The notes beneath the pieces were generated by a model that saw only the letters and a program-made list of their open reading frames with translations, had not been told where the DNA came from and ran no database searches. From the NCBI GenBank assembly GCA_965235115.1, contig OZ249436.1:18974001-19034000 (forward strand): DNA of 60,000 nucleotides, in the 5' to 3' direction. Both the position numbers and the translations under genes were made by a program. Of this stretch, positions 12,601 through 25,445 are shown piece by piece. This stretch comes from Laetmonice hystrix (lineage: Eukaryota). The first letter of the stretch is position 1. The number at the start of each line of letters is the position of its first letter.

Positions 12601-15600
12601 TCAAATCATCAAATTTTCAGAAAAATCCCCAGGTGACCCCCTTAGAATTCAACTATGTTTTGCATGTACATGTACTACAACATATATTATGAAGCCCTAC
12701 AAAATTTTAGGGCAAAATATCCAATAGTTTTGAAGATATGACCCTTTAAACATGCCTGGGGGGTGCGAATTTCGCGACCTTTTTTTCGCGTGTTATTTTT
12801 CATGTCATGTTCAAGACACTATAACTTTTGATCCAGAAGACGTAGAGCTCTGTAATTCTCAGGATTGGTTCATCTCACAGGCTGCTATCATGAGATATCA
12901 GAACAGATGCTTTTCATATTAACTGACATGTGATACAGATAAAGTCAAAAATCATGATTTCATCAATATGAATGTTTGCAAACCAACTTTTGGCCACGAG
13001 CCAGGCAAAAACAAACTGATGTCTTCTGATAGCAGCCTGTGAGATGAATCAATACTAGAAATTTCAGAGCTCTACTTCTTCTGGATCGAAGTTATAGGGT
13101 CTTGAACATGACATGAAAAATAACACGCGAAAAAAAAGCTTGCGAAATTTGCACCCCCCCCCAGGCATGTTTAAAGTACATGTATGCATAAAATGGTTGA
13201 ATTCTGACCCTAGTACCATCCTTTAAACTCAAAATCACAGTAAAATAAAAGGGTGATCAATGTCAAAATCACATGGGCGTCGCAAGGAAAATTGTCTTAA
13301 GTTGATCAGGCTCTTTAGAGTATAAGACGAATATTTTATCTGTGATATGTAGGCCAACAAGTAGATGGTCATATATCAGGTAGAAGTTTATTTTAATAAT
13401 TTCTGCAAATTATTGTGTTTTACCTTGCCTTTGAATGAGAAGAGTAGTGTTGAATAAGTACCATAATGTGAAGCACATTCAAACACATGTCAGGGTGAAA
13501 TTGTACCCACCAGCCTTGATGAGCATTTCGATGACTTCTGGTTTGTTTCCAAAGACTGCACCATGTAGAGGTGAATCACCTGTCTCTGTCATCACGTCGA
13601 TGCTGGCATTAGTATCCAGTAACAACTTGACAATGTCTGCAGTAACAAAATATAAAAACAAAATAACAGACACAGTATTTGTAGTGGGTTAGAAATGAAA
13701 ATCCATCTCCAAGGCTGGGGGTTTTGGGGGCTGTTTTAACCCCAGATTGCATCCAGGGGTGGCACCTTGAAGGAAGTCCAGGGGGCAAAGCCCTCGAATT
13801 AAGTGATTAGACACCCTTACAATATATTATTCATGCACCTAGATAGGCTATACTGGTAGTAGTACAAAAATACCCTTTGCCATGATTTGAACGGGAAAAT
13901 TTTCAGCGAGCCAATAATCACCTAAAAATTGAACGAATAAATATAAAATCAATGCAAAACTATATCATATCCGACATTTTCGTGAAACTTACTTTTTGTC
14001 CGAAAATCCGATCCAGTGGAGACAATTGGACAAATTAAGGATTTATGTTGAAAATTCACCATGCAAGGCAGGAAGATTTCATTAGTTTGTAATTGCACAG
14101 CTTATACAGCCTGTAAAAACAATACATTGATGTATGGAAGACCTACCAACATCACCACCGAATGCACTCTGGTGTAAGGGGGTCCATCCCTGCCTGTCAG
14201 CCACATTGAGATCACATCCGGAGTTAACCAGCAGTTTTACCAGCGACAGATGGCTATCTGAGGATCCAAAATACTGGCAGGCTGCAGGTAGAGAAGTTAA
14301 AATTAGGTCTTAGACTGAGAAAAATATTACAAAAGTAATCGATTAGAACATCAAAATTCAAATGGATCAATAAATCTTGACCGATGGGCTGTATGTATCC
14401 AAACACTACGGTATTGCCAATGCAACTAAACGTGGCAGCTACATTTTTTTGGATATGACTCTGAAGTTGTATTGCGTGGTTGTAGGTTTTGTCATCTGTC
14501 ATTCTGGTCTTGAATATCGCCCTGATGAGAGCAACCATAATGATTTCTCACACAAACCTATTAACATGAGTCATTGCCTGGCGGCCGTCAAATCTCTTCA
14601 CATAACGATTGCTTTCTGTCTTGATGACAATTGTGAACCAATTACGGCCATATAAACTTTGTCACTGATCTTACACTGACCTGTTCTGACAGCAGCGTGG
14701 ATGGGCGCCTGTTTCGTCTCATATTCTGCAGTGTTCACATTGGCGCCAGCATCAGCCAGGACCTCCAAGACATTAACATACTGACCCCGAGTGGCCTCTT
14801 TGGAGAAAAAAAAAATCAATTATTCAAAACTATGAGATATCTGTTCGTTATACAACACCTGGCTTTCACTGTTCTCATGTTAGTCTGGTAACTTTATTCA
14901 GAACAATACTTCCTCTTGTATAATGATCATAAATGGGTAAAAGACGATCATCTTCTTCACTTCAATGGGAAATGTCTAACTTTGCCCACACATTTCACAA
15001 GGCAATATGCATGTACCCAAAATGAAGAAATTAGGGCAGCATTCTATAGGCCTAGTTAATCGCTCCAAGTAGCATACAAATGTGTTTTTTGAATGCTGAT
15101 TTGAGAATGTAGTTTACCTTGACTTTAAATGTCACTTATAAAATTCATTAAACATCTGACAGATTACTCAAAGAATTCTTTCATAGAAGTATTATTGATC
15201 CTGAACTTTTCTGCACATTATCAAGAATCATCAAGCACTTTAATGTGATTGTTAGAGTTCTTCCTACCCAAAAATGGAGTGCATCCTTTGGTATTAGCCA
15301 GGTCCAAGTTAGCACCAGCGATTGTCAGCTCTCGGACTACGTCAGTGTGACCAGCCTTCGCTGCTAAATATAGTGCACTACATCGATACTGATCTGTAAG
15401 GTTGAGGTCTGAACCTGCAATATATATAATATGACATATATAATATATATAATTCATCCTTCATATGAGATCACAACTGGATATAATATTCCACATGCTG
15501 TGGATTAATAAAACTGTATCTACACAAGTCCTATGTAGTTATTCAAGTTGATCTCACCAGATGCTACCAGCAGTTTAACAAGGTTCACATGTCCACGTTC

Positions 15601-18513
15601 TGCAGCTACCACCAGCGGAGTCCTTCTCTCGTTGTCTGGTCGATTCACCAAGCATCCCCCGTTAATTAACACCTGTGCTACATCCAGACGGTTCTCCCTG
15701 GCCGCACTGAGTAGTGGCGTCTGACCACGATGGTTCGCCCTGTTGAGATCACAATCTGCCTCAACCAGTGCCTGCACAACATCCGTGTGGCCGCGATATG
15801 CCGCCGAGTTCACAGCGGTAGCACCATGATTATTAACTACATCAAGTTCAGCACCATGTCTGATGAGCAATTTAACAATGTTTGTAAAACCTCGCCAGGC
15901 CACCATATTAAGTAGAGTGTTTTCTTCAGCATTATATTTATTGACATCAGCACCATTGTTTATTAGTATTTCACAAAGTTCTTCAAAGCCATGAACAACA
16001 GCAATCTGTAATGCACTTTCTCCATTGTAATGAAAGTTAACATCCAGGTCTGGCGTCAGCATATCTTGCACCTGTTTTATATCATTGTTTGTTACAGCAC
16101 TGTGCAGCTGTCGTATGACACGTCGCTTGGCCCGTTTCTCAAACTGCCTGGTGCGGTCCACTGCAAGATAATTAAAAAAATGTTCATTGCAAAATGATAA
16201 AATATACTTAGATTAGTAAGATGGCCCCCTTCGGCGCTTGCAGACTTCGCGCCTTCGGCGCTCGTACAGTCACGTCTGTGTCACCCCTATACACGTTGAA
16301 CCCCCCCTAACGCGAAAAGCTGGATCCGCCCCTGAATTACTACCGGTAATTTACAGTAATAAAGTGACATATATATATATGTATGCTGCCTGCACAAGAC
16401 TACAGCATAAGATCCTTGTTTCAAATTATTTATTTACTCAGGAATTTGGACTGACTTCGATTTGGGAAATGGTCTGAACAGTGAAGTTTTAATTTCCAGT
16501 CTTGGCCCTTGTGGCTAGGTTGTAACCCCAAAGGAAACAGAAAAACATAATGTTTCCAGTTGCATTATCCATGGGATAAATGTGATAAGACTGGCATGTC
16601 TTGGTGTGCTGTTATTGGCAAGTTAAAGATTAGAGCATTCAAATCATCAAATGGCTGGACGTATGCGATATTCATTATTCACATGGCAATATTTACTTGG
16701 CCCATTGCAGTAAATATATGACTACTAGTGAATCACATTTTGTGGCATTTTGATAACTGCTTCATGCTTAGAAACGATCGTTTTTCAGAGTTCATATCGT
16801 TTATCGATAGGATCAGAATTCCATCATATAATCCCAGGCCTACTAGTTAAATATTTAGGCTACCGGTAGTCTACAATATATTGGGGCGGGGGGAGAAGTA
16901 CCTACCCTATCATCACCACGGCTGGAAACTAACTTTTTGGGCTGAATGCCCTGTGGGTTGGACGTAGTGTACCCAATGTGTGGTGAATGCCCACTGGACA
17001 CTTGCTGCCAATAGGGCGTGCAACTGCAAGTCTCGCGTCCTTGACCCCTAAATGACCATAAATAGCCACGAAACGTTGCACGTTGGTCCCTAAACAATGA
17101 GGGACTTCACATTCCTTGAGACGCATGCGCAACGGCGCATTTCAGGTCATGTCCGCGTGGCGGCAGCACTGTCGCCCGGTCCTCTTGGCTACACATTAGT
17201 ATGACGTTAGATAGGACGATGAAATGCTAATCTGTGGCAAGATGTGTTAAACTATTTGTTATGAAAAATAATAACTTGATAGGCTTCACCATGTTGTAGA
17301 ACTTCTAAACGTACCAAAATATTTCATAGCAAATAGCTCTACGGCACCCAGCGATAGATTAGCATTTTGTCGACCTATCTAACGTCATAATAATGTGGGC
17401 CCAAGGGGACCGGGTTGACAGTGCTGCCGCCACGCGGAAAAGACTGTAACAAAGTCCCTCATTGTTACGTCACAATTTCTCCATTGGTTTAACATGGGAT
17501 GAGAAAACACACTTTCAAACATAGACCAGATTTTTGACATCTAAGACATGAAACGTATTCTTTCATACGTAAAACAGGTTGGTGCTCTTGTTTTGTAAGT
17601 TACAAGAATGAAAGCACCCTAACCATGAAATAATAATATTTAGAAGCTGAGAGTTGCCAGCTCGTATGGGAGTGGCAATGCTAAACTGACGAGGTTAACA
17701 TGACATGTTAGGACCAAAGCCGGCCGTTCTCGGCTTTTCTCATGTTTTCTCTTGACCCACTTGGACACCCTATATTGTCTGGGTGCCCCCACTCCAACTT
17801 GGAGTGTCAACGAATATGTTGTTGTTGTTGTTGTTGTTAGCATAGCTCTAACGTTAGGCCTACTTTTATTTTTATCTCAAATTAGGCTATTTAGCATTAT
17901 CCAATAGGACTGAAGCTTAATGGTCACATGACCCCCCCCCCCCCCCAAATGCTGGCTAAATATACACTGCCTAACATTACAATAACGTTCTGGTTACAGT
18001 AAGCCTACTGGGTGTGTATCAGTGGGTAGACTCTACTAGCCTACATATAACTAGGCCTAGATGATAGTAGATTATAGTCTGTTCACTCTAAGAAGAGCTG
18101 CACCTTGCCCTTGGGCTTGGCCTTATTAAAGCTATTACTTCATTTGAATTACAGAACCACGTGGAATTTGGTCATATTCTTGAATGACAGGCGCTGATGA
18201 CTTGTGATACGCCAGCTGTGGGTAGACGGGAGGAGGGGGCAGGTCAGAGCTTTAATGAGGCCGAGGTCGAGCTCTTCTTAGAGCGAACAGACGAGACATT
18301 GTAACATCCTAATAGTAATAAACAATAGTAGTCGGACTTTACACTTAATATCGCCCCCCTCGTTTTCACTTTTTCTCAATCTATTTCTTCTTTATTAATT
18401 TTTTAAAAGTGCAAATGTCTCTTCCACCTCATCTTAGGCTGTAGTACTAGCTAGGTTTATGCTAATATATAAATCGTATGGTGCCTACCATCTCGCCTGC
18501 TTGATGTGGCCAT
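9620..18513 (-). CDS. Ankyrin repeat and SOCS box (ASB-like) protein, 10 coding exons, about 688 aa
   Basis: Exons 18513-18489 (MATSSRRD), 16160-15558, 15414-15268, 14797-14681, 14281(or 14257)-14147, 13636-13511, 12175-12099, 11674-11548, 10523-10312, 10117-9620 join in frame (2067 nt). Many ankyrin repeats (GQTPLLSAA, GWTPLHQSA, GDSPLHGAV, FPLHAAA) and a C-terminal SOCS box PRNLLTECRGIIRTCIG..VKQLPLPSKLQEFI. Confidence 0.88.
10513..11100. repeat. 66-70-bp minisatellite containing the ASB exon 9 splice acceptor
   Basis: 9 copies of acatcacagcctgtcagtc.. starting at 10513, 10579, 10647, 10715, 10785, 10853, 10921, 10991, 11061. Confidence 0.95.
11843..12075. repeat. ~18-bp minisatellite
   Basis: About 12 copies of gagccccaaaccttaccc and variants. 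Confidence 0.9.
12465..13319. mobile_element. Nested inverted-repeat elements (MITE-like)
   Basis: Outer IR aagggcctgatc..cttgcgatggccatgtgattt / aaatcacatgggcgtcgcaagg..gatcaggctctt; inner ~155-bp IR at 12745-12900 and 13017-13175. Confidence 0.7.
17093..17466. mobile_element. MITE / foldback element
   Basis: Terminal aacaatgagggact / agtccctcattgtt plus an ~80-bp internal IR (17153-17232 vs 17356-17437). Confidence 0.75.
18077..18292. mobile_element. MITE
   Basis: TIRs gtctgttcactctaagaagagct / agctcttcttagagcgaacagac. Confidence 0.7.
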
Positions 18514-19638
18514 AGCTGCCTCAGTAGCTGCCTCGGACTTCACAGAGCGTACACAGGGAGACCTCTGGTGGAGACGGAGAGAACTGTCCGGGTTTATACA
18601 GAGACCTCTGGTGGAGACGGAGAGAACTGTCTATGCAGTAGAGAAGGCATGCAATGTTGTCTGGACAAGCTCAACGCCTGTTGTAAAACATGGCAATTTA
18701 AACGTTTAAAAACTTTAAAACCGTATTGAAAATTTAAAGATAAACCGGCGTGGGACGGTCACTAGCCTACATTTGGTGGCAGATAACGGCACTAATATTT
18801 CCTATTGGATTAAAGACAGGGTAAACACGCAGGGCAAATAAGGTTTTGTAGACCAAATGGAACACCAGCATTTACCTCAGAGCAATAAATGACACAATTA
18901 CGTTGTGTGAATGAAGTAGCCTAATAAACGTGTAACTGCCCGATGTGTGACGCCAGAGACGCCAACAGTGCCGAGCTCGCGAAGCGAGGGGGCCCTAACG
19001 GGTGGGGTCCAGTATAGGCGGTTATAGGCCTAATTGGTGGCTCTGAGGGGGGGGGGGGGGGGGGGTTAAACCCCCTCCCCCTGGATCCGCCAGTGGAGTG
19101 ATAGGGGATTACATAGGTGCCTACTGGGTACAGATTCTGCATGTAATGAGATAGAAATTCAGGAGATATATTCTGATTTATAGGTGCCTTTTTGACCCTT
19201 GGCAATATTGATGGGCTTTTAAAAATAAATTTCAGTGTTAACTATGGGTTGTGTGTCTGTGTCTGGATGGGGGCGGGTATAGACCCCCTATAGGCGGGCC
19301 GGAGAAGGGTGGGGGTGGGGCGCTAATCCCAGACTCCCTCCCCCCCCCCCCACAAAAAACTTACCATGACGTCAGGTATCAGTGGTGTGGGCGGGAGCTT
19401 GAGCACTGCATGATTCCACGGAAATTCGGGTCCCTTTACACAAACGTTTCTGTTTTCAAGACATCAATCTTGACGCCAGGACATGATCAAATATTCTACA
19501 TGTATAGCCTATATAGTTTCATTTCATATATCAAATTTTCTGTAAATGCCGAACAGAATAATGTCACATCCTGTTTCATAGCTCCTTCACGTCCCCAAGC
19601 CAGCACCATTAGAGTTTCGAGGGATGCTCCAGGGGGTC

Positions 19639-19910
19639 CAGGGCCCGGTTTTTTTGTTTACTTTTCCACCGTGAGCAAGGGTGAGCTGAGCTGAGCAAGG
19701 GTGAGCAGAAGCTCATGCTCACCGTTTTGCTCACTGTTTTCGTTTTTCTTTGGGTGTTTTTCCGCGAGCTTGCTCACCATGAGCACGCCTCATGGAAAAA
19801 AGCAACCCAACAAAAACACGAAAACAGCGAGAATGAGCTCATGCTCACCCTTGCTCAGCTCAGCTCACCCTTGCTCACGGTGGAAAAGTAAACAAAAAAA
19901 CCGGGCCCTG
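19639..19910. mobile_element. Young palindromic MITE, PIF/Harbinger-like GGGCCCGGTT ends
   Basis: Near-perfect ~70-bp terminal IR (cagggcccggtttttttgtttacttttccaccgtgagcaagggtgagctgagc..) with internal tgagc/gctca motifs. Confidence 0.8.
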
Positions 19911-22900
19911 ACCCCCTGCTCCCACAGGGCATAGATTTCTTCTAAGCATTCCCACCGTTTTGAACCCGTTGAGCAATTGTTTCTAAGCATTCCTGCCGTT
20001 TTGAACCCGTTGAGCGATGAATCCACAAAATCTAATGCCCTAAAATGGCCCCTATATGGCGGGGAATCGCGTCTCAGAGCTTCTAATTTTAAAAAATTTC
20101 CTGATACCCCCCTGCTGAAAATCCTGTATAGGCTGGATGAGTATACCTCCACGGACGAGGGAGTAGTATAGCCTACATATGTCATCCTAGCGCTGTACCC
20201 GTGGGTTTGCACTTTGAGTACCATTGTTCGCCTAATTAAATGAAGGGTAAAATGCTCCGAAATGATCAGTCAGTAGCCGTCTTGTGTCATTCCACACGAC
20301 GTGCAAATACCACTTTAAACCATCAGTTCCATGTTTAAACCAAGGACTCCATAACAATAGTGGCGGGATCACGGGCCACGCAGTTTTCATTTAAATTTAG
20401 CGCGGGCCAATGGCCCTGAATATTCTCCGGCCTCTATTTTGCGCTACATGAGCCATCGTAGGCCTATACGTAAGACATTTTCTACAAGGCTGAATGTCTG
20501 ATATTGAGGTGAACAGCACTCTTCCAGCACCCCCCCCCCCCAATATATATTACATCACTTAGACCGAACAACTGTGCTGGCCAAAGCCGACTACCTGGCA
20601 TTCATAGAGAGAGGTCATAGGAGCACAGCTTTCCGTCATTGAAACCAATTCAACTTCAACTGAACAAAGAACTCGACTGCTTGGCAAAACCTCACTTGCG
20701 TTGGTAGCCACGGACAACTACACAGGCCATCAGAGGTAAGCAGACCTAAATTTTCTTTACGTAGGCTACACTGAAGTTATATGTCGAGGTAGGAAGTTGA
20801 CCTATAACATCCAACCAGCCGGTTATAGGCTGGTTGGATGTTGTGGTATTTATACTGCATGCATGTATCCATGGATCATCCTCATACATTGCCCCAAAGA
20901 CAGAGAACCTGTTGATTATAGGCCTAGCTTTTCTTATTTCGATGATTGATTATATTTCGTAGCCTCGCTGTAAGGTGAGAGAAGTTTTACATTTACTTTG
21001 AAGTTTTGCATTTCTACTCTCATCACAGCGACGGGGACACCTTGCGAATGCGTCGCGGGAAACTGAGCCAGTTCGACCGGGGTTGAGTCGCAGTAGTCGG
21101 TTGCTACCTGGCATTCATAGACGAGGTATAGTAGGCTCACAGCTTTCCGTCACTGAAACCAATTGAACTTCACCTGAACAAAAAACTGCATGACCGCACC
21201 TCAACTGGTAGCAAGGAAGAACCGAATAGGCTTTGAAATCGGAGGTAGGTAGGCCGAAATTATCTTTAGAAAGACATTCGCCCCAGGTCACTGCAAGGCT
21301 GGGACATGCCCTATGAAATGAAAGGTCCAATCTCAAATGCCGTTTGGTTTAAATGAAAGAAATTATTTCATTTTGGGGGAACAAATTGTATATGACGGTT
21401 TTGTTTATTTTATTTTATTTATTTTTTAATATATTTTTTGTTTTTTTCATTTAAAATTTTTTTTTTTACTTATTTGTATTCACTGTTTTTTATTTAGGTT
21501 ATGCATTTATTTCCATACAGTGTAGGCCTACACTGCTGGTTTCCTGCATAATGAAGGTGAGTTTCTGATCAATCAGGTGCACATTTGGGTATTATTGGAA
21601 GTTTATATCCTTTAAGAGCTCTTGCGAACCTGGCTAGTCCTTATTTCAGTAATTTTCGAATCGTCTCAGTAAAACATTTTATAGACCATCCGACCATTCT
21701 TTTTTTCAGTTGTCCATCTACCTGGAACCCGTCACGAAAGAGGGCAACTAACTGCCTTCATGCCTGCCTGCCTGCTGCCGTTGAGGGCGTCTATTATACG
21801 ATTATCCACAGAGATGAGCAAAGGTATGGACTAATTATACACATCAATGTCTGTCTGTTAGAAGGGAATGAATGAAGTCAATTCATAAACCATGTTTCCC
21901 ACACCTACAGCTATTTAAGATAGAATCACTATAATGAGCAAATTATGACTACATAATAGGCTTGTTGGATGTTGTGGTTGTTTATTTTATCGTTTTTTTT
22001 TTGTTATTATATTTTATTTTTTTTTATTCACTTTTTTTTATATTTACTTTATGCATTTATTTATTTCCCGATAGCGTAGGCCTACACTGCTGGTTTCATT
22101 CAAGCTTGGGCCACTGCAAAATGAAGGTGAGTTTCTGATCGATCAGGTGCACACATTCGGGTATTATTGAAAGTTTGTGTCTTTGAAGAGCTATTAAGAA
22201 CCAACTACTCCTTACTTCAGTAATTGTCAAATCATCCGAGTAATTCTCACATCAGTTCTCAGATATTTTCAGAAATGCAAGCCCCTATCAACAAATGGGC
22301 ATAGGCTCCGTTTTTTGACAAATGATTTACGTGTGTATCATTTTAAATCATTTTATTAACCATCCAACCTTTCTTATTTTCAGTTGTCCATCTACCTGGA
22401 ACCTGTCACGAAAAAAGGAAAATGATTGGTTGGTTGTTTAATTACTTAGCTGGTTGGTTGATAGATGGTGGGTAGATTGGGCGGTAAGTTGTTCAAATGC
22501 TAGGTAGACGTCACTGTACTGTGATGTATAAACATTTGCTAAACTATACCTTATTGCCAAGTCAGAATGTTCACACTGGCCGCTGTCTGGGTAGCTGTCA
22601 CGTCGTAATATGTTGAGTCACAGGGGAGTGGTCAGCAGGCTTCAATCTACTGCAGTGGAGTCTGACGGTGTTTGTCCTAACCCGCCACCTTTCGTAGTCT
22701 GTCCTCGCATGCTGCTGGTAAAAGTTGTTAGAATCGGGCAGTCAACTGTTCATACAGTTAAAACTGTTCATTGGCCATACAGTCTAGGGGGGCAGTGTGT
22801 CCCAGAGAGGAGGGGCAATGTACGGGACTGTTCGGCAAGGGTTCCTCCTCGCTCCGACAGCCGGCATCCTGTGCCAAAGATGCTTATAGATGTCACCAGT

Positions 22901-23019
22901 GGGTAATCATGTGTTGTTCAGACGCCAGATCAGGTGGTCAGGGAAGTAGATAGCCGACTATGACATTAGTTCACCTTCAGCTTCTATGCCTTTTCGTGAA
23001 CATTTCTGACGTAACAATT

Positions 23020-23130
23020 GCAGTGACCAAGTGAGCCAGGCCTCTGAGCTCCTTGGCCTCTCGGGTTCGTATTCCATTCGGACCTCGATGAGACAAAGTT
23101 TGTCAGTCACTTGCTGCCATAAAAACTGTT
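23020..23130 (+). mobile_element. Possible degenerate tRNA-derived SINE fragment
   Basis: B-box-like gggttcgtattcc followed by aaagtttgtcagtcacttgc, resembling a conserved SINE central domain; recognised from memory only. Confidence 0.3.
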
Positions 23131-25059
23131 CCTTCAGGTTTCATTTCATATTTTAATTATTTAGTTATATATCTTGCTGTCGAAAGGTGTTTTCTTACTG
23201 TAAAAACTGTTGACCTTAATATGACAAGATTATAGTTATTGAAGCATTTTTCATATTTTAAATATTTATCTTCCCAAATCCGTAACCCGAGCTTCCTTGA
23301 GGTGATCATTATGCAACTAGATGATGGCTAAAGGCTGACAAGTTGGAAAGCACACGCTAAAACCTGCAGAATCTGCAGAAAAGGTACGTGAATTAGCATT
23401 TTTGGCTTGATGATAGGCCTATTTTCATTGTTGGGGCATTATTAGGGCTTAGATTATAAATATTTATAGATTAACTAGTTAATTACTTAGTTCGTTGGTT
23501 GATTAGATAGTGGGTTGGTTGGTTGGGGAGTGCAGGTAGTTAGATGGGCTGGTTTTCTTGTGTTTACGGGTAACTAGGCCGGTGATCAGATGGGTGGTAA
23601 GGTCCGTGGGTGGACACGCCGGGTGGCAGTCGGTCAGATGGTCAGGCTGGTTGGTGGTAAGTTGGGGTCGGTGGGTGGGTGGCTGAGTGTGTGGTTGCGT
23701 GGGGCCAATCCCTGCAAAACTGCGTGCTTGTCTGCCTGGCCATGTCCCTGCCCTACGGCTGCTCTACCTTCCCAGATGGCGGCCTGCCTAACTTTGTGTC
23801 TGCCCACTTATCTGTCTGCTTTCCTGGGATCCTGCCTTGGGTGGTCATGTGGGTGGGGGATTTGTTGGGGGTGGTCCGTCAGGTAGACTGGTTGGCTGGT
23901 AGTCAGATGGGGACTTATCCTTGCCTTTCTGCTGACCTCTGATACTGGTTGGTAGTAAGATGGGGATACTTCCTTGCCTTACTGTTGTCCCACCTTTCTG
24001 TTTGGCTGGCTGTTGCCAACATCTCCTCCCGCTTACATGCCTGCTCACCTGCATTCATCAGTATGGTACTGCCTGCCTATTTGCCTTCCTTTCTGCTTAC
24101 TATTAGGCACCAGTGTCTACTAGGTTTCATATCTTAATTCTTATATTATTTCTCTGCCCAATTCGTAAACCGAGCTCCATCGATGTTGCCATCAGTCAAA
24201 AAGAAATGGATCTGCAGGCTTAGCAGTCGCAATTGCCCAGAACCTGCAGGTATCAAATTTCCACAGAAATGAAGAAAAGGTATGTGAATGAGCATTTTGC
24301 CAGGATGATACTTTCATTGTTGGGGCTTTTAGATCCATAAATCTTGTTCATCGATCAGAATTGTTTTGAACAGTTACCACAAATCTGCCCCTCCTTTTTC
24401 CTGCAGCACAAAGGAAAATGTTTTGTTTAATGTTTGGTTTGATGATGGCTGAAGCAGTGGTACACATGTAGGCCTACTCATGACCTGGTATGCATAAAGG
24501 CACGTGTTTGGCGCCATCGGTTGGCCTATGCTTTATTAACCTATATTCTTCAGATTGGTCATGTTGGCTGAATAGTTACTATCCATTCGCTATCTGAATA
24601 GGGCATAGTATAATCTTTTGTTTGTTTGCTTTTTTCAGGCAACACTCTGGCCTTCTTAATCCTGAGAAAGTAACTGTGAAATCTAATACTAAGGTTTGGC
24701 TTTTTACAAAGATAAAGGGCATCTTAAGAGCAAGATTGTTCTTAAGATTACTTTAAGTTGTGTTTAAATTTAAGTTCCTAATGTTTTAATGTATTCGAAC
24801 AGTGCCAACATAAGGTGTTCTTTGGCTTTCATACACTGCCACTGAGATAGGGCACCTGTTGAGTTAATCTGTTCTTTTTTTATGATGGGGTATTAATGTG
24901 ATGATGCTTGAATCAATGTGTATTACATAATTGTGTGTATCATAGTTTATTGTATAGCTTGTGATTTGTTTTTAAGTTTTGAATGTAAGTCTGAATGTGT
25001 TAGTGTAGGGCTCTTTGAACGTGTGAAAATAAGGTGCTTTGGCCTCTTAAAGGATTTCA

Positions 25060-25445
25060 AGGGTGCTAACGTGCTTGGGTTTAAACACAAAATCGCTGAT
25101 AAAAACTGGCAGATCACTATAACAATACAGACACAAACCAAGGGTGTCAACATGACTCAGGTTTAAACATAAAATCGCTGACAAAAACTGATACATCACT
25201 ATAACAATAACGACACAAACCAAGGGTGTCAACATGACTCAGGGTTAAACATGAGATCGCCGAAAAAACTGAATGAGTACATGTATAACAATAAAGACAC
25301 AAACCAAGGGTGCCAACATGCTCGGGTTTAAGCATGAAATCGCTGACAAAAACTGGTACACATGTACATCAGCATAACGATAAAAAGAAACAAATCAAGG
25401 ATGTCAACATGCTCATAAAAAGACACAAGCCTAGGGTGCCAACAT
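25060..25445. repeat. ~81-bp tandem repeat
   Basis: About 4-5 diverged copies of gggtgtcaacatgactcaggtttaaacataaaatcgctgacaaaaactg..acacaaacca. Confidence 0.85.

Noticed and set aside
14519..14560. ctgatgag as a hammerhead ribozyme core
   Set aside because: No GAAA after a stem II and no flanking helices.
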